DNA from: an uncultured Gemmatimonadaceae bacterium
Lineage (GTDB): Bacteria; Gemmatimonadota; Gemmatimonadetes; Gemmatimonadales; Gemmatimonadaceae
Direction of reading: 5' to 3'
Length of the DNA: 64,000 nucleotides
Assembly: GCA_964537775.1 (NCBI GenBank)
Contig: CAZICQ010000015.1
Location: 5,935 to 69,934 of the forward strand
In this document: positions 27,483 to 36,253 of the stretch, piece by piece
Layout: the number at the start of each line of letters is the position of its first letter
Position numbering within the stretch: position 1 is the first letter of the stretch
Position numbers and translations under genes: made by a program
The notes under the pieces: model-generated
Told to the model about the DNA's origin: nothing
The model's database searches: none
What the model saw: only the letters and a program-made list of their open reading frames with translations

Positions 27483-29750
27483 ATGCAACGCTTTACGGCA
27501 ACTGTTCTGCTCTCGTTTGGCAGCCTCACGCTGCTGCCGAAGGCACCGGAGCCGCCGACGCTCCGCGGCTTCACCCCCGAGTCGTCGCGCATCGAGCGCG
27601 AATGGGAGGCGAAGTTCGCCGCCTTGCCGCAGCCGCAGCGCATGCGCGAGCACATGCAGCTGCTATCCGCGCGTCCCCACCACGTGGGCTCACCATACGA
27701 CAAGCAGAATGCGGAGTGGCTGCTCGATCAGTACCGGTCCTATGGCTTCGATGCCCACATCGAGCAGTTCGACGTGCTCTTCCCGACACCCAAGGAGCGG
27801 CTCGTGGAGCTCGTCGCGCCCACACGCTTTCGCGCCAAGCTTCAAGAGCCGACCGTTCCCGAGGACCCAACTTCCGGCCAGCACGACGAACAGCTTCCCA
27901 CGTATAACGCGTATTCTGCCGACGGCGACGTCACCGGGCCGGTGGTGTACGTGAACTACGGAATACCGGCGGATTACGAGGAGCTGGAGCGCAAAGGCAT
28001 CTCGGCCAAGGGCGCTATCGTGCTCGCGCGCTATGGCGGCTCGTGGCGCGGCATCAAGCCGAAAGTCGCCGCCGAACACGGCGCGGTGGGCTGCCTCATC
28101 TTCTCGGATCCGCGCGACGACGGCTACGCCGCCGGAGACGTCTTCCCGAAAGGTCCGATGCGCCCGCGCGATGGCGTACAGCGCGGCAGCGTGGCCGACA
28201 TGCCGGTATACTCCGGCGATCCGCTCACGCCGGGCGTCGGCGCGACGAAGGATGCCAAACGGCTGCCGCTCGCTGAGGCGCAGACGATCGCGAAGATCCC
28301 GGTGCTCCCGATCTCCTATGGCGATGCCGAGCCGCTGCTCGCCGCGTTAGGCGGACCCGTCGCGCCGCCGTCCTGGCGCGGCGGACTGCCGATCACCTAT
28401 CGGCTCGGCGGCTCCGGTCCGGCACGGATTCACCTGGTAGTGAAAGCGAACTGGGACATCAAGCCGCTCTACGACGTCATCGCGAAGCTGCCTGGCAGCA
28501 CGGAGCCCGACCAGTGGGTGGTGCGGGGCAATCACCACGATGCGTGGGTGAATGGCGCCGAAGATCCCATCTCCGGGCAGGTAGCCGAGTTGGAGGAGGC
28601 GCGCGCGCTGGGCGAGCTATACAAGCAAGGCTGGCGTCCGAAGCGTACGATCATCTATGCGGCCTGGGACGGCGAGGAGCCGGGGCTACTCGGCTCGACA
28701 GAGTGGGCGGAGACGCACGCGGACGAGCTGCAGCAGCACGCAGTGGCGTATCTCAACAGCGATACCAACGGTCGCGGCTTTCTCGGCATCGAAGGCTCGC
28801 ATTCGCTGGAGAAGCTCGTGAACGGCGTCGCGAAAGACGTGCAGGATCCGGAGGCGAAGGTCAGTGCGTGGAAACGATTGCAGGCGGAGCAGATCGCAAA
28901 CGGCAATAAGGAAGCGCGTTCGGCCGACGACCTTCGCATCGGCGCGCTCGGGTCGGGATCCGATTACACGCCCTTCCTGCAACACCTCGGTATCGCGTCG
29001 GTGAATTTCGGCTTCGGCGGCGAAGACCAGGGCGGCATCTATCACTCGATATACGATGACTTCTACTGGTACACGCACTTCAGCGACACGTCATTCGTGT
29101 ACGGCCGCGCACTAGCGCAGGTTGCCGGCACGACGGTGATGCGCCTCGCCGACGCCGACGTGCTGCCCTACTCGTTCACGAATCTCGCGTCGACCGCAGA
29201 GCGCTACCTGCACGAGCTCCAAAAGCTCCGCGACGATCGCGCGGAGAGCATCGTCGAGCGGAACAAGGCGATCGACGATGGCGATTTCGCTGCGATCAGT
29301 GACCCGCGCGATCCGACGTTCGCACCGAAACGCGAGACCGTACCGCCGCACTTCGACTTCGCCCCGCTCGAGAACGCCGCCGAAGCCCTGGCGAGAGCGG
29401 CGGCACGCTACGAAGCGGCGCTTGGCAGCGCTCTCGGAGGCGCGCCGGGGGTCGCCCTCGCCGCCAAACCCGATGCGGCGGCGTTGCGCGCGATCAACGC
29501 CAAGCTCCTTTCGAGTGAGCGACAGCTGCTCGCCAGTGATGGCCTGCACGGGCGGCCGTGGTATCGGCACCTGCTCTACGCACCTGGTTTCTACACCGGC
29601 TATGGCGTCAAGACGATGCCCGGTGTGCGCGAGGCAATCGAGCAGGGGCAGTGGAGCAGCGTCGACGGCGAAATCAATCGGGTGGCGGCGGCGCTCGATC
29701 GCGAGGCCGCACTCGTCGATGCGCTCGCCGCCGAGCTGTCGCACAAATAG
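27483..29750 (+). CDS. M28-family peptidase of the glutamate carboxypeptidase II / transferrin-receptor-like type
   Basis: ATG at 27483 in frame with track ORF 26610..29750. Signal-like N-terminus. PA-domain block (GAIVLARYGGSWRGIKPKVAAEHGAVGCLIFSDP), catalytic block (VVRGNHHDAWVNGAEDPISG...AAWDGEEPGLLGSTEW), and a C-terminal dimerisation-like helical domain. Confidence 0.85.
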   Translation: MQRFTATVLLSFGSLTLLPKAPEPPTLRGFTPESSRIEREWEAKFAALPQPQRMREHMQLLSARPHHVGSPYDKQNAEWLLDQYRSYGFDAHIEQFDVLFPTPKERLVELVAPTRFRAKLQEPTVPEDPTSGQHDEQLPTYNAYSADGDVTGPVVYVNYGIPADYEELERKGISAKGAIVLARYGGSWRGIKPKVAAEHGAVGCLIFSDPRDDGYAAGDVFPKGPMRPRDGVQRGSVADMPVYSGDPLTPGVGATKDAKRLPLAEAQTIAKIPVLPISYGDAEPLLAALGGPVAPPSWRGGLPITYRLGGSGPARIHLVVKANWDIKPLYDVIAKLPGSTEPDQWVVRGNHHDAWVNGAEDPISGQVAELEEARALGELYKQGWRPKRTIIYAAWDGEEPGLLGSTEWAETHADELQQHAVAYLNSDTNGRGFLGIEGSHSLEKLVNGVAKDVQDPEAKVSAWKRLQAEQIANGNKEARSADDLRIGALGSGSDYTPFLQHLGIASVNFGFGGEDQGGIYHSIYDDFYWYTHFSDTSFVYGRALAQVAGTTVMRLADADVLPYSFTNLASTAERYLHELQKLRDDRAESIVERNKAIDDGDFAAISDPRDPTFAPKRETVPPHFDFAPLENAAEALARAAARYEAALGSALGGAPGVALAAKPDAAALRAINAKLLSSERQLLASDGLHGRPWYRHLLYAPGFYTGYGVKTMPGVREAIEQGQWSSVDGEINRVAAALDREAALVDALAAELSHK

Positions 29751-29753
29751 GAG

Positions 29754-31031
29754 CTAGATCGAATCCAGCGCTTGCGTCAGGTCGGCGATGAGATCCTCCG
29801 GGTGCTCCACGCCGACCGACAAGCGCACGAGTCCCGCCGTCACGCCGAGGCGTTCTTTCACGGCGGCGGGCACGTCGGCGTGTGTCATCGATGCGGGATG
29901 TTCGGCGAGCGACTCGGTGCCACCGAGGCTCACGGCGAGCTTTACCAGCCGTAGGGCATTCAGAAACCTGAATGCTTCAGCCTCGCCGCCCACCAGCTCG
30001 AACGAGATCATCGATCCAGGACTGAGGCACTGCCTCCGATACAACTCGAACTGGGGATCGCTCTCGCCAATGTGGCCGAGGTAGTACACGCGCATGACCT
30101 TGGGATGATCGGCAAGAAAATCGGCCACGTATCGCGCATTCTTCATCTGTGCGGTCATACGCATCTTCAGTGTCTCGAGGCTGCGCAGCAGGAGCCACCC
30201 CGTCCAGGGCCCGGCCATCGTGCCGAGAAAGGTACGCATCGCGAGCACCCGCTCCATCAAAGCCCGCGAGCCTAACGCCGCGCCAGCGATGAGATCGCTG
30301 TGACCGCCAATGAACTTCGTGGCCGAGTAGAGTACGACGTCCGCGCCGTGCTTCAGCGGATGCTGGTACAACGGTCCCAGAAAGGTATTGTCCACCGCCA
30401 CCAGCGCGCGGCGGTCGGCGGTCGAGTGCTCCCGCGCGAGATCGGCACACATCGCGATGTCGATCAGCGCGTTCGTCGGGTTTGCCGGCGTTTCGATGTA
30501 GATCATCGCCAAACGATTGGGGCGCACGGCGTGCTCGATGATGGTTTCCAGCTCGTCCCGCGTCGCGTCGGCGGTGAACCCCACCGGCTTGATGCCGAAG
30601 CGCGGCAGCACCTTGGTAATGAAGTGATCGGTACCGCCGTAAATCGGCTCACTGTGCAGGAGCACATCGCCCGGGTTGAGGAATTCGAGCAACGTGGTCG
30701 TGATCGCTGCCATTCCGCTCTCGAAGGTGGCGCAGCTCTCGGCGCCGTCCCAGATCGCGAGGCGATCCTCCAGAATCTCGAGATCGGGATTATTCAGTCT
30801 GCTGTAGATGAGTCCTGGCTGCTCGCCTGGACGCGGCGCCCGCAACCCGTAGGCGACCTCGAAAAACGCTTTTCCATCCTCGGCACTCTTGAACACGAAG
30901 GTGGAGCTCTGAAAAATCGGAGGCTTGATCGCTCCCTCTGAGAGCGCCGGCTTGTAGCCGTGGCTCATCATCAGGCTCTCCGGGTGGAGCTCCCGCTCGT
31001 GGTTGCTGCCGTCAGACTCGCGTTCCGCCAT
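29754..31031 (-). CDS. Cys/Met-metabolism PLP-dependent enzyme (cystathionine gamma-synthase / methionine gamma-lyase family)
   Basis: 425 aa. PLP-lysine block YSATKFIGGHSDLIAG and the C-terminal SLGGTESLAEHPASMTH family signature. Confidence 0.88.
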   Translation of the reverse strand: MAERESDGSNHERELHPESLMMSHGYKPALSEGAIKPPIFQSSTFVFKSAEDGKAFFEVAYGLRAPRPGEQPGLIYSRLNNPDLEILEDRLAIWDGAESCATFESGMAAITTTLLEFLNPGDVLLHSEPIYGGTDHFITKVLPRFGIKPVGFTADATRDELETIIEHAVRPNRLAMIYIETPANPTNALIDIAMCADLAREHSTADRRALVAVDNTFLGPLYQHPLKHGADVVLYSATKFIGGHSDLIAGAALGSRALMERVLAMRTFLGTMAGPWTGWLLLRSLETLKMRMTAQMKNARYVADFLADHPKVMRVYYLGHIGESDPQFELYRRQCLSPGSMISFELVGGEAEAFRFLNALRLVKLAVSLGGTESLAEHPASMTHADVPAAVKERLGVTAGLVRLSVGVEHPEDLIADLTQALDSI

Positions 31032-31122
31032 CGACTCTCCTTGGTGGACTGTTCAAGCAGAGCCCTCGCGCTGAAATTATCGGGCCTTGCCGCCTTCGAT
31101 CCGCTCTGCCACAGGATGGCCC

Positions 31123-31584
31123 ATGAGACTCGCTCCGCATTGCTCTCCGATGTACGTCGCTCTGATCGCCTGCTTCCTGGCGATCGCCGCCGGTTGTGCG
31201 CACCCTCACGCTGCACACGTCCAGTTCAATACTGGATCGCGTGCCGCTCCCGGCCCGTTCTCGCCTTCTGTACGCGTCGATCACCTGCTCTTCCTCGCTG
31301 GCCAGATCGGCACGGACGCGAACGGAGCGCTCGTCCCGGGCGGCATTCGCGCCGAGACACGGCAAGCGCTCGAGAACATTCGAGCCGAGGTCGAGCGCAA
31401 CAGCTCATCGATGGAGCGCGTCGTCAAATGCACGGTGTTCCTGGCCGACATGGCGGAGTGGAGCACGATGAACGAAGTGTACGTGACGTTCTTCCCCGGT
31501 CCGAAGCCGGCCCGCAGCGCTTTTGGAGCGAACGGCTTGGCGCGCAACGCCCGAGTGGAAATCGAGTGCATCGCGGCTGTGTGA
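31123..31584 (+). CDS. RidA/YjgF-family protein with a lipoprotein-type signal peptide
   Basis: Lipobox LAIAAGC. RidA blocks FSPSVRVDHLLFLAGQIG, ETRQALENI, VKCTVFLADM, PARSAFGANGLARNARVEIECIA. The start is uncertain (31087 TTG, 31123 ATG or 31150 ATG). Confidence 0.8.
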   Translation: MRLAPHCSPMYVALIACFLAIAAGCAHPHAAHVQFNTGSRAAPGPFSPSVRVDHLLFLAGQIGTDANGALVPGGIRAETRQALENIRAEVERNSSSMERVVKCTVFLADMAEWSTMNEVYVTFFPGPKPARSAFGANGLARNARVEIECIAAV

Positions 31585-31636
31585 TGCCTTGACGTCGTCT
31601 GTGCTCGGCCGCACGTTGAGGACGAAGGAGGAACGC

Positions 31637-32164
31637 ATGTCGCCCCACCGCCTGCTGCTGCCGCTGATCCTCGCGGCGGCGGTCTCCCTGCCCGCCAATC
31701 TGCTCGCGCCCACGCCGGTCGCCGCCGCCATCGCCCGACCGGCGCTCTTTCGTATCGAGCTGCAGCCGAGCAATTACGCTCCCAGTGCGTCCGGGACCGT
31801 CAAGCTCGCACCGGCTCGCTCGCCCTTTGGCATGCCGCTCACGCCGGACGGACGCTTCATCTTCGATCTGGAGATCAGTACGAGCGGCCTTCCTGCGGCG
31901 TCTGCCTTGGGTCCCTACGATAACTATGTCGCGTGGGTCGTGAGCGCCGACCTCTCGCAGGTTCATCAGTTGGGCGTAATACGGCCCGGCGAAACGCTCC
32001 GCGGCCAGGCGGCGTTCAACAAATTCCTCGTCTTCATTTCGGCGGAGCCGAAGATCGCGGGCGAGCGGTGGAAGGGGCCGGTCGTCCTCCGCGGTTTCGC
32101 GCCCAGCGCGCTGCTGGAGAACTTCTCCGGCAAGACGATGTTCAACGGCGGAATGCCGCAGTAG
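31637..32164 (+). CDS. Secreted protein of unknown function
   Basis: ATG at 31637 preceded by GAAGGAGG (31624-31631). Signal peptide MSPHRLLLPLILAAAVSLPA. The stop is 2 nt before the multicopper oxidase start. Confidence 0.7.
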   Translation: MSPHRLLLPLILAAAVSLPANLLAPTPVAAAIARPALFRIELQPSNYAPSASGTVKLAPARSPFGMPLTPDGRFIFDLEISTSGLPAASALGPYDNYVAWVVSADLSQVHQLGVIRPGETLRGQAAFNKFLVFISAEPKIAGERWKGPVVLRGFAPSALLENFSGKTMFNGGMPQ

Positions 32165-32166
32165 CA

Positions 32167-34005
32167 ATGAATCTCGAGAGAATCATCGTGCCCTCTGTCG
32201 CATGGATTCTGTTGGCCGCGACTCTGGTCGCGACGCCCGTGGCAGGCCAGAGTGGAAAGCCTGTGGCGCCTCGGGACTCCGCGCACAAGGCGCTGCCCAC
32301 GATGCAGGGAGGGCCCGTGGTCAAAGGGGGCGACTCCACCGGCATGGGCGAAATGGACATGGGCGACATGGACATGTCCGGGGCGAAGTCCGGTATTGGA
32401 TTGCCGCCGATGGGCATGAAGATGGGCGACCAGTACATGCCGCCGATGGGCCGCGGCCTCGAGATGCCGATGATCCCGGGCATGGAAAACGTGGCCCCGA
32501 AGATCACCCCATACGTGCCCGGCACGGGTGTCGATGTCGACAAGCTACCCGCCGCAACGCCGCGAAAGCTCATTCAGCTGAAGGACGGTGACACGCTCGA
32601 TCTGACGGCCGAGTTGGTCCGGCGGACGCTCTTCGGCAAGACACGCGTGATGTACGGCTTCAATGGCCAGTATCCAGGCCCGCTCATTCGCGTGAGGCAG
32701 AGCTCGACCATCGTGGTTCGCTTCCAGAATCGCATCGACCAACCGTCCTCCGTGCACTGGCATGGTGTGCGGCTCGACAATAAGTCCGACGGCGCCGTGG
32801 GCCTCACGCAGGAGGCCGTACCCCAGGGCGGCGACTTCACCTACACGGTGCACTTCAAGGACGCGGGGATCTACTGGTATCACCCGCACGTGCGCGAGGA
32901 TGTCCAGCAGGCGCTCGGGCTCTACGGCAACATGCTCGTCGACTCGCCCGATTCCGACTACTACGGCAAGGCGAATCAGGAACAGGTCCTGGTACTCGAT
33001 GACATGCTCATCGATCAGGCTGGCATCTTCCCCTTCGGCAAGGAGGCGGCGGATTTCGCGATCATGGGACGGTTCGGCAACGTTCTGATGATCAACGGGG
33101 AGCCGAGCTGGCGCATGACCGCCAACCGAGGCGACGTCGTGCGCTTCTTTCTGACCGACGTGTCCAACGCGCGCATGTACAACCTCGGGTTCGGCGGCGC
33201 CCCGATGAAGCTCGTTGGCGCCGATCTGTCGAAGTACGAGCGCGAACAGCTGGTGCCGAGCATCGTGATCGCTCCCGCCCAGCGGTACATCGTGGACGTG
33301 AAGTTCGACAAACCGGGCGTCTACCCGATCACCAACGCCGTGCAGGCGCTCGCCAACTTCAACGGCGAATTCGTGGCGCAGGTCGACACGTTAGGCACCG
33401 TCGTCGTGGGCGACCGCGCGTCCGCTTCCACCTACGGCCGGCAGTTCGCCGCGCTGCGCGAGAATGCCGACGTCAAAGCCGACATCGCGCGATATCGCAA
33501 GTACTTCGACAAGCCGGCCGACAAGGAGCTGCTGCTCAGCGTCAACATGCAGGGCCTGCCCGTGCCGATCACGGCATTCATGAGCGTCGACACGATGTAC
33601 TTCCCGCCGGCCGAATGGGCCGACGGCATGCCGGACATGAATTGGGTGTCGACCACCAACGAGGTCCACTGGCTCATCCGCGATCTGCAGACGCAGAAGC
33701 AGAACATGGATATCGATTGGCACTTCAAGGTCGGCGATGTCGTGAAAGTCCGCGTCACGAACGACGGGCAGTCGATGCACCCGATGAGTCACCCCATCCA
33801 CTTTCACGGCCAGCGGCTCCTCGTCATCAGCCGCAACGGCATCCCGGAGGACGACCTCGCGTGGCGGGACACCTTCGTCATGCCCGTGGGCACCACCGCC
33901 GACATCCTGGTGGAGATGTCGAATCCCGGCAAATGGATGGCCCACTGTCACATCGCCGAGCACCTCGAGGCCGGGATGCACATGATGTTCACGGTGGACC
34001 CGTGA
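32167..34005 (+). CDS. Multicopper oxidase with a Met-rich insert
   Basis: All four copper motifs are present: VHWHG, WYHPH, HPIHFHG, HCHIAEHLEAGM. Met-rich segment GMGEMDMGDMDMSGAKSGIGLPPMGMKMGDQYMPPMGRGLEMPMIPGM. Signal peptide present. Confidence 0.9.
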   Translation: MNLERIIVPSVAWILLAATLVATPVAGQSGKPVAPRDSAHKALPTMQGGPVVKGGDSTGMGEMDMGDMDMSGAKSGIGLPPMGMKMGDQYMPPMGRGLEMPMIPGMENVAPKITPYVPGTGVDVDKLPAATPRKLIQLKDGDTLDLTAELVRRTLFGKTRVMYGFNGQYPGPLIRVRQSSTIVVRFQNRIDQPSSVHWHGVRLDNKSDGAVGLTQEAVPQGGDFTYTVHFKDAGIYWYHPHVREDVQQALGLYGNMLVDSPDSDYYGKANQEQVLVLDDMLIDQAGIFPFGKEAADFAIMGRFGNVLMINGEPSWRMTANRGDVVRFFLTDVSNARMYNLGFGGAPMKLVGADLSKYEREQLVPSIVIAPAQRYIVDVKFDKPGVYPITNAVQALANFNGEFVAQVDTLGTVVVGDRASASTYGRQFAALRENADVKADIARYRKYFDKPADKELLLSVNMQGLPVPITAFMSVDTMYFPPAEWADGMPDMNWVSTTNEVHWLIRDLQTQKQNMDIDWHFKVGDVVKVRVTNDGQSMHPMSHPIHFHGQRLLVISRNGIPEDDLAWRDTFVMPVGTTADILVEMSNPGKWMAHCHIAEHLEAGMHMMFTVDP

Positions 34006-34083
34006 GCGCGATGAACGATCTCGCCGCGCGTCCGCATCTCCTCCCGCTCCATCCCGACCGCCGTTCCCTCACTCCGTAATCGC

Positions 34084-35463
34084 GTGTTGCATCGTCATTA
34101 TTGCGGGATCCGCCTCGCGATCGCCGCCTCTACACTCCTGCTCGTCGTTGCCGCGCCCGGCGCCAGCCAGGCACCCGGTGTGCTGCCTAACGTGAAGATG
34201 GGCGGCAGCTCCAACGTCAAGGTGCTGTCGCACATCCCCCTCGGCGGATTCTTTCGCGTCGGCGACGTCGCGCTCGAGCAGGAGCCGAACCGCCCGTACG
34301 CGTACGTGGGCCAGATGATGGACCATGCCGGCTTCACCATCGTGGGCTTCAAGGATCCCGACCACGCGCGCGCGTTGTATCACTGGTCGATCGAGAACGC
34401 TGCCGGCCACCATGGTCTCGGCGGTCTGCGGCCGCGCTACTTCAAGAGTCGCGGCCGCTACTACGTCGTGCAGGGGATGCAATTCGATCCTGGCACCGTC
34501 GACGCTGACCTCGGCGCCGTGGTCTTCGATGTCACGTCGCTCCCGGATACGACGCGCATTCGCGAGGTCGCCCGACTTCGCGTCCCCGAGTACCCGGGCG
34601 GGTTTCGCGACCTCTTTACTTACAAACACTCGGATGGTCACGCGCTCCTCTTCGCCGCGGTGAACGGGCCCGGCGCTCTCGTCTACGATCTGGATCTCGT
34701 GGTGCAGGGCCGGATGGCAGCGGCGAAGATCGGCAACGTGCCGGTGCCGGACGCTCCGGGTATTGCCGGTCCCCCGGGGTACAACGGCATCGACGTGCAA
34801 TTCGACCCGCTCACGTCACGCGACAAATTCTACGGCGCCGGCAAAGGTGGTTACTACGTGTACGACATCACCCAGCTGGCGGTTCCGAGGTTGCTTACCT
34901 CGATTGTCGGTGCTGCCGGGATTCTCAGCGGCGCCAGCATCACGCCGAGCCCGGATGGCCGCTTCGTCGTCACCGGTACCGACTACCAGTATGCGCCTCT
35001 GCGCTGGTTCGACCTACGTGAAGGTCTCGCCGGACGATCGCAAACGATCTCGCGCTCCGTGGGCGCTTGGGTCGCGGACTGGCGCAATGCGGTGCATCAT
35101 CACGAAGTGCGCTGGCCCTTTGTCTTTGTCTCCTCCTATGAAGACGGCCTCCAGATCGTAAACATGGTGGATCCCACTGACCCGAAGACTGTCGGCTGGT
35201 ACTACACCTGTCTCTGCCAGCACGAAGCCGGTCTCGATCCGACAACCCTCGCCAAGGGCACCAGCGTGACGCAGGGCGCGGTCGGAATCGACGTGCGAAA
35301 CAGTGACGGCCTCATGGCGGTCAGCGATGCCAACACCGGCCTCTGGCTCTTCCGCCTGGACGGCTTCGGTGGATGGAATGGGAATGATTGGGGCGTACCC
35401 AACGTCTCGAGCGCGCAGGACTGGGATCTCGGTCCGCGGCGCGGCCCCGTGCTCCTTCCGTAA
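34084..35463 (+). CDS. Secreted beta-propeller-like protein (LVIVD-repeat-like), function unknown
   Basis: 459 aa, GTG start, signal peptide. Recurring motifs of the type GLQIVNMVDPTDPKTVGWY / GLWLFRLDG / YYVYDITQLAVPRLL resemble LVIVD repeats as I recall them. Confidence 0.6.
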   Translation: MLHRHYCGIRLAIAASTLLLVVAAPGASQAPGVLPNVKMGGSSNVKVLSHIPLGGFFRVGDVALEQEPNRPYAYVGQMMDHAGFTIVGFKDPDHARALYHWSIENAAGHHGLGGLRPRYFKSRGRYYVVQGMQFDPGTVDADLGAVVFDVTSLPDTTRIREVARLRVPEYPGGFRDLFTYKHSDGHALLFAAVNGPGALVYDLDLVVQGRMAAAKIGNVPVPDAPGIAGPPGYNGIDVQFDPLTSRDKFYGAGKGGYYVYDITQLAVPRLLTSIVGAAGILSGASITPSPDGRFVVTGTDYQYAPLRWFDLREGLAGRSQTISRSVGAWVADWRNAVHHHEVRWPFVFVSSYEDGLQIVNMVDPTDPKTVGWYYTCLCQHEAGLDPTTLAKGTSVTQGAVGIDVRNSDGLMAVSDANTGLWLFRLDGFGGWNGNDWGVPNVSSAQDWDLGPRRGPVLLP

Positions 35464-35502
35464 TCACCGGTAGCGCGAATCGGCCTGGCTGTTGTAGGCT
35501 TG

Positions 35503-35633
35503 GCAGTAGAAGTCGAGAGTCGAGAGTCGAGAGTTACGGCGTTCGAACGCGTGCGGCCTCGGCATGAGTAGGCTGCATAACGAGGTTCGCCTTCTTTTCC
35601 GCCCTCACTGTCGACTACCGACTCTCGACTGAC
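35503..35633. repeat. Heptad-arm inverted-repeat element, copy B
   Basis: Left arm 35503-35534 gcagtagaagtcgagagtcgagagtcgagagt contains three perfect AGTCGAG units. The reverse complement of right arm 35606-35633 is gtcagtcgagagtcggtagtcgacagtg. The identical 13-nt core ctcggcatgagta sits at 35558-35570. Arm-core spacings (24 and 36 nt) nearly match copy A (21 and 37 nt). Confidence 0.9.
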
Positions 35634-35655
35634 CAATCCACCCGGAGGTTTGGCG

Positions 35656-35862
35656 ATGGCGACGAAACTGGAGAAGACGATCAAGCGCGAGCTCGAGTTC
35701 GACGGCACGGCGTACATGATCGCGGTTGGTCCCGACGGGCTGAAGATCACTCAGAAAGGTTTCCGGAAGGGAAGGGACTACACGTGGGCAGAGCTGATTC
35801 GCGGCAGTGGCGCCGGAGCAGGCAGTGCTGGCGCCGGCGCGGGTACGAGCGGCATGGAGTAA
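35656..35862 (+). CDS. Small hypothetical protein (68 aa) with a Gly/Ala/Ser-rich tail
   Basis: ATG at 35656 with GGAGG 7 nt upstream (35644-35648). Sequence MATKLEKTIKRELEFDGTAYMIAVGPDGLKITQKGFRKGRDYTWAELIRGSGAGAGSAGAGAGTSGME. Confidence 0.55.
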   Translation: MATKLEKTIKRELEFDGTAYMIAVGPDGLKITQKGFRKGRDYTWAELIRGSGAGAGSAGAGAGTSGME

Positions 35863-35890
35863 CGGCCACGCATTCCGATCGCGCGGTGTG

Positions 35891-36253
35891 ATGCGCCACG
35901 TTCTCCGTTTGCACGGCGTCGTGGTCGGCTGGTCCGATCTCGAGCAGGCGGAGCCGGAGCTCGGTCGTGCGCGTGGACGCTTCCGACCGGCGTTCGGCTA
36001 CGAGCTGATTCAACCGGTGTTTCGATTGTACGCCGAGGCGGTCGAGCGCGGCCGCTCCGTGCCCCACGACGGCGAGAAGCTCGAACGCTATCATCGGAGC
36101 CGCGACGCGCTGCAATTGGAGCTGCAGGATGACGCCGGACACCGCATCGCGACGAACGCCATCCACATCGCCGACTACTCCGCCGGGTCGCGGGAAGACA
36201 TCGAGCTCGACGTCCTGATCGCGGACGAGGGGTACTGGAAACGGCGTCAGTGA
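35891..36253 (+). CDS. Hypothetical protein (120 aa)
   Basis: ATG at 35891 (or GTG at 35888) in frame with track ORF 35807..36253. GC3-rich frame. The 3' end overlaps the convergent dnaE2 stop by 7 nt. Confidence 0.5.
   Translation: MRHVLRLHGVVVGWSDLEQAEPELGRARGRFRPAFGYELIQPVFRLYAEAVERGRSVPHDGEKLERYHRSRDALQLELQDDAGHRIATNAIHIADYSAGSREDIELDVLIADEGYWKRRQ

Noticed and set aside
35503-35534. Tandem heptads considered as a possible CRISPR array or minisatellite
   Set aside because: The units are 7 nt with no unique spacers, no leader and no cas genes. The architecture is inverted arms around a core, which is not CRISPR.
35536-35552. ggcgttcgaacgc resembling a tRNA T-arm (GGTTCGAA-like)
   Set aside because: No acceptor, D or anticodon stems can be built around it. 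It lies inside the repeat element spacer.
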